Assembly: GCA_038321865.1 (NCBI GenBank)
Contig: JBBQFH010000010.1
Span: 1 to 64,000 of the forward strand
Source of the DNA: Gemmatimonadales bacterium
GTDB lineage: Bacteria; Gemmatimonadota; Gemmatimonadetes; Gemmatimonadales; GWC2-71-9
Length of the DNA: 64,000 bases
Direction: 5' to 3'
Shown: positions 7,933 to 18,356 of the stretch, in pieces
Layout of the letters: each line of letters starts with the position of its first letter
Numbering within the stretch: position 1 is the first letter of the stretch
Notes under the pieces: generated by a model
What the model was told of the DNA's origin: nothing
The model's database searches: none
What the model saw: the letters and a program-made list of their open reading frames with translations, nothing else
Translations under genes and position numbers: made by a program

Positions 7933-8799
7933 CTACCTCCGTGAGCGGTTGTGGCTGGGCGCCCCTTCGGGTCTCACCAGCCGGATCGTTCCCTGAAAGG
8001 ATTCGAGCTCGAGGCGCGCGCTGCCGGAGCCAAGCGTAAGCGAAAAGCGCTTGTTGACCGAGCCTCGCGTGGTGACCGGGAAGTCGGACTCGAAGTCTCC
8101 CTGGTACGTGGACACCGACACCACGGCGCTGGCCCCTTCCTGCACCGATACCGTCAGATCGCCATTGTGGGTGACGAAGCGGTACCGACCCGCCGGCCGG
8201 ATCGGGCCGTCGTACGTCACGTCGCCGTTGACGGTGTTGGCGTCCACGTCGTCGGAGTCCATGCCGCCGAGCTTGATTTCGCCGTTGACCGTCTCCACCG
8301 CCAGCTGGCCGGTGGCGCCATCCACCGTGACGTCGGAGTTGACCGACCCCAGCGTGATCTTGCCGCGGCCGTGGCTCAGCGACACACTCCCATCGACGGA
8401 CTGCAGTGAGATGACCCCATTGCCGCCCTCGACGACGACGTCCCCCTCGACGGTCTGGGCGGCGATGCCGGCCTCGCTCCCGGTTATCCGGATGTTTCCG
8501 TTCACGCCGGTGACGGAGAGATCCATCCAGACCGGCACGGTAATCTCGTAATCGGTATCGTCGTCGCCGCCGTGACGGCGCTGCGCGGAGCCGATCGAAA
8601 TCGTGGTCCCGTGCCGCGCAAGGACGACCGCTTCGCCGTCGCTGCCGCGGGCCTGGACGACGTTGCGGTTCCAGGTGTGAATCGTGATGTCACCGGTGTG
8701 GACGCTCATCTCCAGCCGGTCACCGCGCTGGACGGTGACGGTGGTGTCCGCAACGCGCGCGGACGACAGCGACAGGAGGGCGAGGAGCGCGAGCAGCAC
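7933..8799 (-). CDS. DUF4097 (adhesin-like beta-repeat) protein
   Basis: Repeats TVEGDV, SVDGSV, TVNGEI, TVNGDV, THNGDL. GTG start at 8799 follows an AAAGGA RBS. Confidence 0.82.
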   Translation of the reverse strand: MLLALLALLSLSSARVADTTVTVQRGDRLEMSVHTGDITIHTWNRNVVQARGSDGEAVVLARHGTTISIGSAQRRHGGDDDTDYEITVPVWMDLSVTGVNGNIRITGSEAGIAAQTVEGDVVVEGGNGVISLQSVDGSVSLSHGRGKITLGSVNSDVTVDGATGQLAVETVNGEIKLGGMDSDDVDANTVNGDVTYDGPIRPAGRYRFVTHNGDLTVSVQEGASAVVSVSTYQGDFESDFPVTTRGSVNKRFSLTLGSGSARLELESFQGTIRLVRPEGAPSHNRSRR

Positions 8800-8812
8800 G
8801 ATCGGTGTCCTT

Positions 8813-9511
8813 TCAGCTCTGCGCGGAGGCAAGCGCGGCGACCTGGCGCAGCAGGTCGATCTTACGCCGCATGGTGTGCGCGAGATAGGAGTTCAAATAG
8901 CTGTTGGCCGGATCCTTCTCCAGCGCGCGACGGGCTTCGACGACGGCACTGTCGATGGTCATGAGGTTCTTTTCGATGACGCGGACCGTCGTACTGTCCA
9001 GGCGGCCGCGGCCTTCCCGTAGTACCTGCTGCAGGTCGGCGACGGCGGCATCGTAGCTCTGCTGTGGCGTCTGCCCGGGCCGGTTCCACCCGGTAGGAGT
9101 TGCCATCACCGGCGCCGCGGCCCGGCCCGGCCCGGCCGGCGCCGCGGCCACGATGACCGTTGGCGGAACCCGGAGCAGCCACGCGGCGCCGCCCGACACG
9201 GCGACGAGCAGCACCGCGGCCGCGACCAGCTGCGGCGCGGAAAAGCTGAACCGGCGACGCCCCGCACGAAGTGGCCGCACGGTGCGGGCATCGGACCCAA
9301 TCGTCGCCGCGATCCCGGGCCAGAGATCCGCCGCCGGTGTCCGGTCGTCGAGGGCCCGCGCCCGGCTGACCACCCGGCGGAGCTCGGTCAGGGTCCGGCT
9401 GCACTCGGCGCAGCCGGCGAGATGCCGCTCGAGGCCGGCCCGCTCGGCGGGCAGGAGATCGCCGTCGAGGTACTCCGACAGTCGGGCGGTCCAGGAATCG
9501 TCCATCGTCAT
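8813..9511 (-). CDS. Zinc-finger (zf-HC2) transmembrane anti-sigma factor
   Basis: LSEYLDGDL..HLAGCAEC (HxxxCxxC), one TM helix, helical extracytoplasmic tail; downstream of an ECF sigma. Confidence 0.88.
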   Translation of the reverse strand: MTMDDSWTARLSEYLDGDLLPAERAGLERHLAGCAECSRTLTELRRVVSRARALDDRTPAADLWPGIAATIGSDARTVRPLRAGRRRFSFSAPQLVAAAVLLVAVSGGAAWLLRVPPTVIVAAAPAGPGRAAAPVMATPTGWNRPGQTPQQSYDAAVADLQQVLREGRGRLDSTTVRVIEKNLMTIDSAVVEARRALEKDPANSYLNSYLAHTMRRKIDLLRQVAALASAQS

Positions 9512-9514
9512 GGG

Positions 9515-10090
9515 CTACCGGTCCAGGTGTTGGCGCAGCGCCATCCGCGCGCGGTGCAGTTGCGACTTCGACGTGCCGGCCGCCAGTCCGAGCATGCCGG
9601 CTATTTCTTCGTGGCGGTATCCTTCCACGTCGTGCAGCACGAAAATCTGTCTGGCGCCTTCCGGCAGCCGGGCCAGCGCCTGTTCGAAGTCCATCGACAG
9701 CTCCGGTGCAGGGCGGTTGGCGGAGACCAGCTCCAGCCGCGCGTCGTCGTCGTAGTACCGCTTCCGGCGCGTCCCCAGTTCGGCCCGGCGTGCCAGGACG
9801 ACGTTGACCGCGAGCCGGTGGAGCCAGGTGCCGAAGGCCGACTCGCCGCGGAACGTTCCCAGCTTCTGCCACACCCGCACGAACACGTCCTGTGTCACCT
9901 CATCGGCCTCGTCATCGCTCAGCATGCGCCGGACGAGGGAGTGGACACGGGCCGCATGTGTCCGGTACAGCCGCTCGAAGGCATGGGTGTCCCCGCTGGC
10001 CGCGAGCGCCACCTCGACCGTGTCGGCATTGGCTCGTTCCAGTCCGGGCCGGGGCTTCAGCGTCGGCACTCCAAGGGTCGGCGTGTTCAT
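9515..10090 (-). CDS. ECF RNA polymerase sigma factor
   Basis: [70 protein letters not shown]. Confidence 0.93.
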   Translation of the reverse strand: MNTPTLGVPTLKPRPGLERANADTVEVALAASGDTHAFERLYRTHAARVHSLVRRMLSDDEADEVTQDVFVRVWQKLGTFRGESAFGTWLHRLAVNVVLARRAELGTRRKRYYDDDARLELVSANRPAPELSMDFEQALARLPEGARQIFVLHDVEGYRHEEIAGMLGLAAGTSKSQLHRARMALRQHLDR

Positions 10091-10172
10091 GCAGGGGATT
10101 GGATCGAACAATCGGCCAAAAGGTTGCAGCGGGGAAGGGCGGACTATATTCCGGCATCCCAACCCGTTGCCG

Positions 10173-11840
10173 ATGACCTTCGCGATGCCGCACGCCCCGA
10201 TCGCCGCCCCGCGCGGCCCCGCGCTCTCCTGCAAAGGCTGGCATCAGGAGGCCGCGCTCCGCATGCTGATGAACAACCTCGATCCGGCCGTGGCGGAACG
10301 GCCGGAGGAGCTGATCGTCTACGGCGGCAGCGGCAAGGCGGCCAGAAACTGGGCCTGTTACGAGCGGATCGTCGAGACGCTCCGCCGCCTCGGGAACGAC
10401 GAGACGCTCCTGATCCAGAGCGGCAAGCCGGTCGGCGTGTTCCGCACTCACGAGGAAGCACCGCGGGTCCTCATCGCCAACGGCAACCTGGTGCCGCGCT
10501 GGGCCACCTGGGATGAATTCCGGCGACTCGATGCGCTGGGCCTCACGATGTACGGGCAAATGACCGCGGGATCCTGGATCTACATCGGCACGCAGGGGAT
10601 CCTGCAGGGAACCTACGAGACCTTTGCCGAGTGCGCCCGCCAGCACTTCGGCGGCACTCTCGCCGGGCGCCTGGTGGTCACCGGCGGCCTCGGCGGCATG
10701 GGGGGCGCCCAACCGCTGGCGGCCACGATGAACGGCGCCGCATTCCTGGGCGTGGATGTGGACGAATCCCGCATCCGCCGCCGGGTGGAGTCGGGATATT
10801 GCGACCGCCTCTCCGTCGACCTCGACGAGGCGCTCGCCCTGGTCGCGCGCGCGCGCACCCGGGGCGAGGCGCTGTCCGTGGGGCTGGTCGGAAACGTGGC
10901 GGAGGTGATTCCCGAGCTGGTCCGCCGGGGTGTCGTGCCCGATGTCCTCACCGATCAGACATCGGCACACGATCTCCGGGTCGGGTACATCCCGGCCGGG
11001 CTGACCCTCGGTGCGGCGGCCGAGCTGCGGGAGCGTGATCCGGCCGGCTACGAGTCCCGCGTACTCGACTCGATGGCGGAGCACGTGCGCGCCATGCTGG
11101 AGCTCCGGCGGCAGGGTGCCGTCACCTTCGACTACGGCAACAACCTCCGTGGCCAGGTCGCCGATCACCGGGGGATGCAGGAGGCGTTCGACATTCCCGG
11201 GTTCGTGCCCGCGTTCATCCGTCCGCTCTTTTGCCGGGGTGCCGGTCCCTTCCGCTGGGCCGCACTCTCGGGGGATCCGGCCGATATCGCCGTCACCGAC
11301 CAGGCCGTGCTCGAGACCTTTCCGGAGAACGAGGCGCTCGCGCGGTGGATCCGCATGGCGCAGCAGAAGGTGCAGTTTCAGGGGCTGCCGGCGCGGATCT
11401 GCTGGCTGGAGTACGGTGAACGCGCGGAGATGGGGCTCAAGTTCAACTGGCTGGTGCGGACCGGGCGTGTCCAGGCGCCGCTGGTCATCGGGCGGGACCA
11501 CCTCGACACCGGGTCGGTAGCATCGCCCAATCGGGAGACCGAGGCGATGAAGGACGGCTCCGACGCCATCGCGGACTGGCCGCTGCTGAATGCGCTGCTG
11601 AACACCGCCTGCGGTGCCAGCTGGGTTTCGCTTCATCATGGCGGCGGTGTGGGAATCGGCTACTCGATTCACGCCGGCATGGTCGCCGTCGCGGACGGCA
11701 CCGACATGGCCGATCGCCGTCTCGAGCGGGTGCTCACCGCCGATCCGGGCACCGGGGTGATGCGCCACGCTGACGCGGGCTACGAGCTGGCCGTCGACAC
11801 GGCGCGCGAGCGGGGTATCGACCTGCCGATGCTCGGCTGA
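10173..11840 (+). CDS. hutU: Urocanate hydratase
   Basis: [83 protein letters not shown]. Confidence 0.97.
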   Translation: MTFAMPHAPIAAPRGPALSCKGWHQEAALRMLMNNLDPAVAERPEELIVYGGSGKAARNWACYERIVETLRRLGNDETLLIQSGKPVGVFRTHEEAPRVLIANGNLVPRWATWDEFRRLDALGLTMYGQMTAGSWIYIGTQGILQGTYETFAECARQHFGGTLAGRLVVTGGLGGMGGAQPLAATMNGAAFLGVDVDESRIRRRVESGYCDRLSVDLDEALALVARARTRGEALSVGLVGNVAEVIPELVRRGVVPDVLTDQTSAHDLRVGYIPAGLTLGAAAELRERDPAGYESRVLDSMAEHVRAMLELRRQGAVTFDYGNNLRGQVADHRGMQEAFDIPGFVPAFIRPLFCRGAGPFRWAALSGDPADIAVTDQAVLETFPENEALARWIRMAQQKVQFQGLPARICWLEYGERAEMGLKFNWLVRTGRVQAPLVIGRDHLDTGSVASPNRETEAMKDGSDAIADWPLLNALLNTACGASWVSLHHGGGVGIGYSIHAGMVAVADGTDMADRRLERVLTADPGTGVMRHADAGYELAVDTARERGIDLPMLG

Positions 11841-13069
11841 TGCCGACCGTCCTGCGCAACATCGGCGCCCTCGCGACCTGCCGGCCCGGAGGCCCCCAGA
11901 GCGAGATCCGCATGATCGAACGCGCGGCCATGGCCTGGGACGGCCCGCTCCTGTCGTGGGTCGGGGCGGAAGCGGACCTGCCCGAGGCGTATACGGTCTC
12001 GAACACTGAGGATGCCGGCGGCAGACTGGTCGTACCGGGGTTGATCGACTGCCATACGCATCTCGCGTTCGGGGGCTGGCGGGCCGACGAGTTCGCCCAG
12101 CGCGCGCTGGGACGGAGCTACAGCGAGATCGCCCACGCCGGGGGCGGCATCACGTCCACGATGCGGGCGACGCGAGCGGCCCCGGAGGCCGAGCTGCTCG
12201 CCCGGAGTGAGGGATTCCTGTCGGAGATGGTGGCGCTCGGCGTGACGACGGTCGAGTGCAAGAGCGGTTATGGGCTCAGTCTGGACAGCGAGCTCAAGCT
12301 GCTGCAGGTGTATCGCGCCCTCGCCGCACGGAGCCCGGTGACCATCGTGCCGACGCTGCTTGGAGCGCACATCGTCCCGCCCGAAATGCGCGACCATCGT
12401 GCCCGCTACCTGACGCTGCTGATCGACGACCTGATCCCCCTCGTCGCGCGGGACGGCCTCGCGCGCTGCTGCGACGTCTTCGTGGACGACACCGCGTTTA
12501 CAGTGGCGGAGGCGCGCCGCATCCTGCAGGCGGGCAAGGCGGCGGGGCTGGCGGCAAAGCTCCATGCCGACCAGCTCAGCGACGACGGCGGCGCCCTGCT
12601 CGCGGCCGAGCTCGCGGCGCTGTCGGCCGACCATCTGGAGCACGTCTCTGATGCGGGCATACGCGCGCTGGCCACTGCCGGCGTCGTGGCCGTGAGCCTG
12701 CCGATCGCCTCACTGTACCTGGGCCAGCCGCCGATGCCCGCGCGACGGCTGCTGGCCGCCGGGGTGCCGGTTGCCGTCGCCACCGATTTCAATCCAGGGT
12801 CGGCCCCCAGCTATCACCTGCCGCTGGCAATGACCCTCGCCTGCACGATGCAGCGCATGACGCCGGCGGAGGCGCTCAAGGGCGCCACATCCGTCGCTGC
12901 CCAGGCGCTCGGGCTCGCAGCGACGCACGGCTCGCTCGAAGCGGGGAAGCGCGCCGACTTCGCCGTCATCGACGCCGCCGACGTCGACCAGTGGCTGTAC
13001 CACTTCCGGGCCAACGCATGCGTGCGCACCGTGATCGCGGGCGCGACGGTCTGGGCGGCTCGATCGTGA
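11840..13069 (+). CDS. hutI: Imidazolonepropionase
   Basis: PGLIDCHTHL, GVTTVECKSGYGL, KLHADQL, SADHLE, VATDFNPGS; follows hutU. Confidence 0.95.
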   Translation: MPTVLRNIGALATCRPGGPQSEIRMIERAAMAWDGPLLSWVGAEADLPEAYTVSNTEDAGGRLVVPGLIDCHTHLAFGGWRADEFAQRALGRSYSEIAHAGGGITSTMRATRAAPEAELLARSEGFLSEMVALGVTTVECKSGYGLSLDSELKLLQVYRALAARSPVTIVPTLLGAHIVPPEMRDHRARYLTLLIDDLIPLVARDGLARCCDVFVDDTAFTVAEARRILQAGKAAGLAAKLHADQLSDDGGALLAAELAALSADHLEHVSDAGIRALATAGVVAVSLPIASLYLGQPPMPARRLLAAGVPVAVATDFNPGSAPSYHLPLAMTLACTMQRMTPAEALKGATSVAAQALGLAATHGSLEAGKRADFAVIDAADVDQWLYHFRANACVRTVIAGATVWAARS

Positions 13070-13944
13070 GTGATCCGAGACTGGGTGAGCTGCTGGGCAG
13101 CCAGGCGGCCTCGGCTCGCGTCGTCCTGCTCGGTTTTCCGTCGGACGAGGGTGTACGCCGCAATGGCGGACGGCCCGGAGCGGCGGCCGGGCCGGCCGCG
13201 ATCAGGGGCGCGCTGGGACGATTCACCCCCGACGCGCGGGATCCGTCGCGATTCGCCGAGCTGCTGCGGCACACCGTCGACCTGGGTGATCTCGCGGTCA
13301 CCGGTGATCTCGAAGGGGATCAGCAGCGCCTGGGCGAAGCCGTCGCGCCTCACCTCGATGCCGGCCGGTTCGTCATCGTGCTTGGCGGAGGGCACGAAAC
13401 CGCCTTCGGCCACTTCCTCGGCTATCACCGTCCGGTAAGCATCGTCAACTGGGACGCGCATGCCGACGTCCGGGAGCTCAAGGGCGGCCTCGGCCATTCC
13501 GGCTCACCGTTCCGCCAGGCGCTTGAACATCCGCGCGGGCTCTGCCGCGGGTATACGGTCGCCGGCCTGCAGCCGCACTCGGTCCCCGCCGAGCATCTGG
13601 CGTACGTACGTCAGCACGGACGGGCGATCTTCCGGGACGAGCTGCAGGACGGCGATGCCGTCGCCGCCGTCTACGCCGACCTCGCTCCGACCCTGGTCTC
13701 GTTCGATCTCGACGCCGTGAACGGGTCCGAGGCACCCGGGGTCAGCGCGCCCGCAACGGACGGCCTCACGTCCGCGATGTGGCTGCGTGCCGCGTACCTG
13801 GCCGGCGCCGACGCGCGAGTGACGTCGGCCGATGTGGTGGAACTCTTGCCGGCACATGACCCGGATGGCCGGACCGCCCGGCTGGCGGCGCTCACCGTCT
13901 GGCAGCTGCTGCGGGGCATCGCCGCGCGGAGCCGATCACCCTGA
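13066..13944 (+). CDS. hutG: Formimidoylglutamase (arginase family)
   Basis: GFPSDEGVRRNGGRPGAAAGP, LGGGHETAFG, WDAHADVR, SFDLDAV..APGVSAP. GTG start overlaps the hutI stop. Confidence 0.92.
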   Translation: MSDPRLGELLGSQAASARVVLLGFPSDEGVRRNGGRPGAAAGPAAIRGALGRFTPDARDPSRFAELLRHTVDLGDLAVTGDLEGDQQRLGEAVAPHLDAGRFVIVLGGGHETAFGHFLGYHRPVSIVNWDAHADVRELKGGLGHSGSPFRQALEHPRGLCRGYTVAGLQPHSVPAEHLAYVRQHGRAIFRDELQDGDAVAAVYADLAPTLVSFDLDAVNGSEAPGVSAPATDGLTSAMWLRAAYLAGADARVTSADVVELLPAHDPDGRTARLAALTVWQLLRGIAARSRSP

Positions 13945-13958
13945 TCACGGAGCAGCCG

Positions 13959-14345
13959 GTGCAAAGCGAACTGAAGCGAACCTGCCGCACGCTGGCGTTG
14001 GCGCTGGCTCTGGGTGCAGCGGGCTGCGCTCGCGCGGACGTCAAGCCGTTCGCCGGGGCGTGGCAGCGGAGCGGAGTGGACGCGGGGGAGCTGCGATTGA
14101 CGATCAAGCCGACGGGCGCGATCGAGCTCCGGCAGTCGCATCCGGCGACGGCGGCGGATTCGCTGATGAAAGGTCCTGGGGTCTTTCGGGCCGATACGCT
14201 GAGCTTCGTCGGCGCGCCGTGCGAGCGGGGTGAAGCGCGCTATCTGTTACGGCTCGAGCCGGCGGGCCTCACGGTCTCGCCACTCGGGGCCGACGGCTGC
14301 GGCACGCGCCGCAAGCTGCTCAGCGGCACGTGGGCGCGGCAATAG
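13959..14345 (+). CDS. Hypothetical lipoprotein
   Basis: Signal with AAGC lipobox-like site and two further Cys; fills the gap between hutG and the convergent aguA. Confidence 0.6.
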   Translation: MQSELKRTCRTLALALALGAAGCARADVKPFAGAWQRSGVDAGELRLTIKPTGAIELRQSHPATAADSLMKGPGVFRADTLSFVGAPCERGEARYLLRLEPAGLTVSPLGADGCGTRRKLLSGTWARQ

Positions 14346-14346
14346 C

Positions 14347-15383
14347 TCAGATGGCCGGCCACTGCTGGCTCACGCAGTGGAAGGCGCCAAGGCCCCAGAC
14401 GAGCTCGACGCAATCGATGCCGATCACGCGACGGGTCGGAAACAGCCCCTGCAGCGTCGCGATGGCCTCGCCGTCCCGCGCGGGATCATAGGTCGGCACC
14501 AGCACGACCCCGTTGGCGACGTAGAAGTTGGCGTAGCTTGCCGGCAGCCGCTGACCATCGTGCTCGAGGCGCCGAGGCATCGGCAGCGTCACGATGCGGA
14601 ATGGCTCGCCATCCTGGTCGCGCATGGTCCGCAGGCGCGAGAGATTGTTCCGCAACGGCGCATGGTTGGGATCGGCCGGGTCGTCTTCGATGACGGTGAC
14701 GAGTGTCCGCGCGTCGGTGAACCGGGTCAGGTCGTCGATGTGCCCGTCGGTGTCGTCACCCTCGATGCCGTCGCCGAGCCAGAGAATGTTGCCGACACCG
14801 AGGTAATCGCGGAGGCAGGCTTCGATCGCGGCGCGATCCAGCCTGGGATTGCGATTCGGGTTCAGCAGGCAGGACTCCGTGGTGAGCAGGGTGCCCAGCC
14901 CGTTCACCTCGAGTGAGCCACCCTCCATCACGATGCCCGGCGCGAAGACCGGAATCCCCAGTTCCTCGCCGATCCGCGTCGGTACGACATCGTCGAGGTC
15001 GTACGGCGGATACTTGCCGCCCCACGCGTTGAATCCCCAGTCGACGATCGCTTCCTCCCGATGGCCGCCCCGCTCACGCTGGATGAAGATGGGTCCGTGA
15101 TCGCGGCACCAGGCGTCGTTGGTGGGATGGTGGTGAAAGAAGATGCGTTCACCCGGGACATGCTCGGCGTTGAGCAGGTCCCGGACGTCCGACTCCATGC
15201 CCGGGCCCGCGACGTTGATGTGCACTTCCTCGTGCGGCACCAGCTCGCTGATCATGCGCGCGAAGATGGCGGGGACCGCCTCGAACTTGCCCGGCCAGGA
15301 CGCCTCCTTGTGCGGCCAGCTAAGCCAGGTGCCGCGATGGGGCGCCCATTCGGCCGGCATCCGATAGCCAAGCTCGGCCGGCG

Positions 15384-15387
<4 letters not shown>
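14347..15387 (-). CDS. aguA: Agmatine deiminase (PAD_porph family)
   Basis: YRMPAEWAPH, DAWCRDHGP, FNAWGGKY, MEGGSLEVNG, DDTDGHIDD, ASYANFY, GAFHCVSQQ. Confidence 0.92.
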
Positions 15388-16262
<875 letters not shown>

Positions 16263-16373
16263 GGGAGGCATGACCGCAAAAGTAACCGGCCGGTTCCCTC
16301 GTCGCACACCTCGCGAATCGGGCGTATCTTGGGGACGATTGCCGCCCATAAACCGTTCGCCTCCGGAGAACGC

Positions 16374-18353
16374 ATGCTCCTCGCCCTGCTCCTGACACTC
16401 GCCCAGCAGCAGCCCGCCGCGGCGGCCCAGGCGTCGCCCATCGCCAGGGTGGACGTCACGCCAGCTACGGCCAGCATCCAGATCGGACAGACGGTGCAGC
16501 TCTCGGCCCGCGCGCTCGATGCCGGCGGACAGCCGGTCCCGGGTGCGCGCATTGCCTGGTTTGCCGGGGGCGGCGAAGGCAGCGTAGACTCGATGGGACT
16601 GGTGAAGGGTGGCTATGCCGGCACCGTCGAGGTGACCGTCGTCGGGTCGGTGGCGGGCAATCCGAAGAACACGCTCGGGAAGGCGGTCATCCGCGTGCTG
16701 CCCGCGCCGGCGGCCCGAATCGCGGTACGTCCGTTGGTGGGACGGGTCGCCGCGGGCACCAGGCTCACACTGGCCGGCGTGGCCTACAGCGCGCAGAACG
16801 ACCAGCGGGACGACGCGGTAACCTTCACCTCCAGCAATTCGCGCGTGGCCACGGTGAGCCGCGACGGGCGATTCGTCGCCTTGTCTCCGGGGCGGGCAAC
16901 CGTCACCGCCAGAGCGGGGAGCGCGACGGTACCACTGGCGGTCACTGTCGTGGCCAATCCCGTCACCCGCATGGCGGTGGAACCATCCGACCGTGCGGTG
17001 CGGACGGGAGACGTCGTGCGCTTCGCCGCCCGGGCGACCGACGCGTCGGGACGCGCGGTCGGCGGCCTGGCGGTGCGCTGGGGAGTGGCCGCCATGGGTG
17101 CCGCGGGCGTGGCACAGTTGGATGACGACGGGGCTTTCGTCGCCGAGACGCCGGGCCGGTACACGGTGTCGGCCTCGATCGGCGGTCAGGGGGCGGACGC
17201 GGTGGTGGACGTCGTGGCCCGTCGGGCAGGACGAGGGATCGAGGTCGAGGGCCGAGTGCCGATCACCTTCCCATCGGCGGAGGTGTGGGTGCATCCGGGC
17301 GGCAAGTGCGCCTACCTCTCCACCATTGCCGATCGGGTCTACGCGATCGATGTGACCTCGCCGCACGCCCCGAAGATCGTCGACTCGATGATGACGAACT
17401 CGCGGATCGTCAATGACGTGATGACGACCGAGGATGGCAAGTATGGCGTCTTCTCGCGCGAAGGTGCCTCCGACCGGAAGAACGGAATCGTCATCTTCGA
17501 TGCGGCGGACCCCTGCCACCCGAAGCCGATCGGCGCCTACACCGAGACGGTGTCCGGCGGCGTGCATTCCAGCTTCGTCTATCAGTACCACGTCTACCTG
17601 ACCGACGATGCGACCGGATCCATGCGCGTCATCGATATCAGGGATCCGGCGCACCCGAAGGAAGTCGGCCGGTGGCAGACGGAGCAGACCGAGGCGGGCC
17701 GCTACCTGCATGACATCGACGTCAAGGATGGGCTGGCGTACCTGGCGTACTGGAATGATGGACTGGTGATTCTCGATGTGGGGAAGGGAATCAAGGGGGG
17801 GTCGCCGGAAAAGCCGGTGCTGGTGTCGCAGTACAAATACAACCTGAGCGAGCTCTACGCACGGGTCGACCAGCTCTGGGGCCTGTCAGCCCGCGGCACC
17901 CACACCGCATGGCGGCACCGCAACTACGTCTTCGTCGGAGACGAGGTCTACGCCGCGGCGCCGTCGAAGGGGCTGACGCACGGGAACAGCCTCACCTTCG
18001 GCCGGCTGCACGTGATCGACGTGGCCGACATCGAGCATCCCAAGGAAGTCGCGTGGTATGAGCCGACGGACGGCGGGGTGCACAACGTCTGGGTGGCGGG
18101 CGATACCCTTTATCTGGGGAATTACCAGGGCGGCGCTCGTGCGCTCGATGTTTCCGGCGAGCTGAAAGGCGACCTGCTTCGTCAGGGTCGCGAGATGACG
18201 TGGATTCTCACGGCCGACTCCGCCGGCGTGCAGCCGCACACCCCCTTCGCCTGGGGGGCGGTGGTGAAGGACGGCAACATCTACGTACCGGACATCAACA
18301 GCGGCTTGTGGATCATGAAGCTCGAGCCAAAGGCGGCTCCCGCGACGCCCTGA
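16374..18353 (+). CDS. Secreted Ig-like (Big_2) domain + LVIVD-repeat beta-propeller protein
   Basis: Three Ig-like modules (TVQLSARALDAGG, FTSSNSRVATVSRDG) followed by repeats YAIDVTSP, VIDIRDP, GLVILDV, HVIDVADI, RALDVS. Confidence 0.82.
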   Translation: MLLALLLTLAQQQPAAAAQASPIARVDVTPATASIQIGQTVQLSARALDAGGQPVPGARIAWFAGGGEGSVDSMGLVKGGYAGTVEVTVVGSVAGNPKNTLGKAVIRVLPAPAARIAVRPLVGRVAAGTRLTLAGVAYSAQNDQRDDAVTFTSSNSRVATVSRDGRFVALSPGRATVTARAGSATVPLAVTVVANPVTRMAVEPSDRAVRTGDVVRFAARATDASGRAVGGLAVRWGVAAMGAAGVAQLDDDGAFVAETPGRYTVSASIGGQGADAVVDVVARRAGRGIEVEGRVPITFPSAEVWVHPGGKCAYLSTIADRVYAIDVTSPHAPKIVDSMMTNSRIVNDVMTTEDGKYGVFSREGASDRKNGIVIFDAADPCHPKPIGAYTETVSGGVHSSFVYQYHVYLTDDATGSMRVIDIRDPAHPKEVGRWQTEQTEAGRYLHDIDVKDGLAYLAYWNDGLVILDVGKGIKGGSPEKPVLVSQYKYNLSELYARVDQLWGLSARGTHTAWRHRNYVFVGDEVYAAAPSKGLTHGNSLTFGRLHVIDVADIEHPKEVAWYEPTDGGVHNVWVAGDTLYLGNYQGGARALDVSGELKGDLLRQGREMTWILTADSAGVQPHTPFAWGAVVKDGNIYVPDINSGLWIMKLEPKAAPATP

Positions 18354-18356
18354 GCC

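Noticed and set aside
7177..8799. Periodic CCGTTGACGGT-like repeats as a CRISPR or tandem DNA repeat
   Set aside because: They encode the TVNG protein repeats of the DUF4097 domains, are degenerate at codon third positions, and have no spacer structure or cas genes.
16263..17711. 775-aa N-terminally extended nitrilase fusion
   Set aside because: The extension is the antisense shadow of the Ig/LVIVD gene. The C-N hydrolase domain begins at about 16262.
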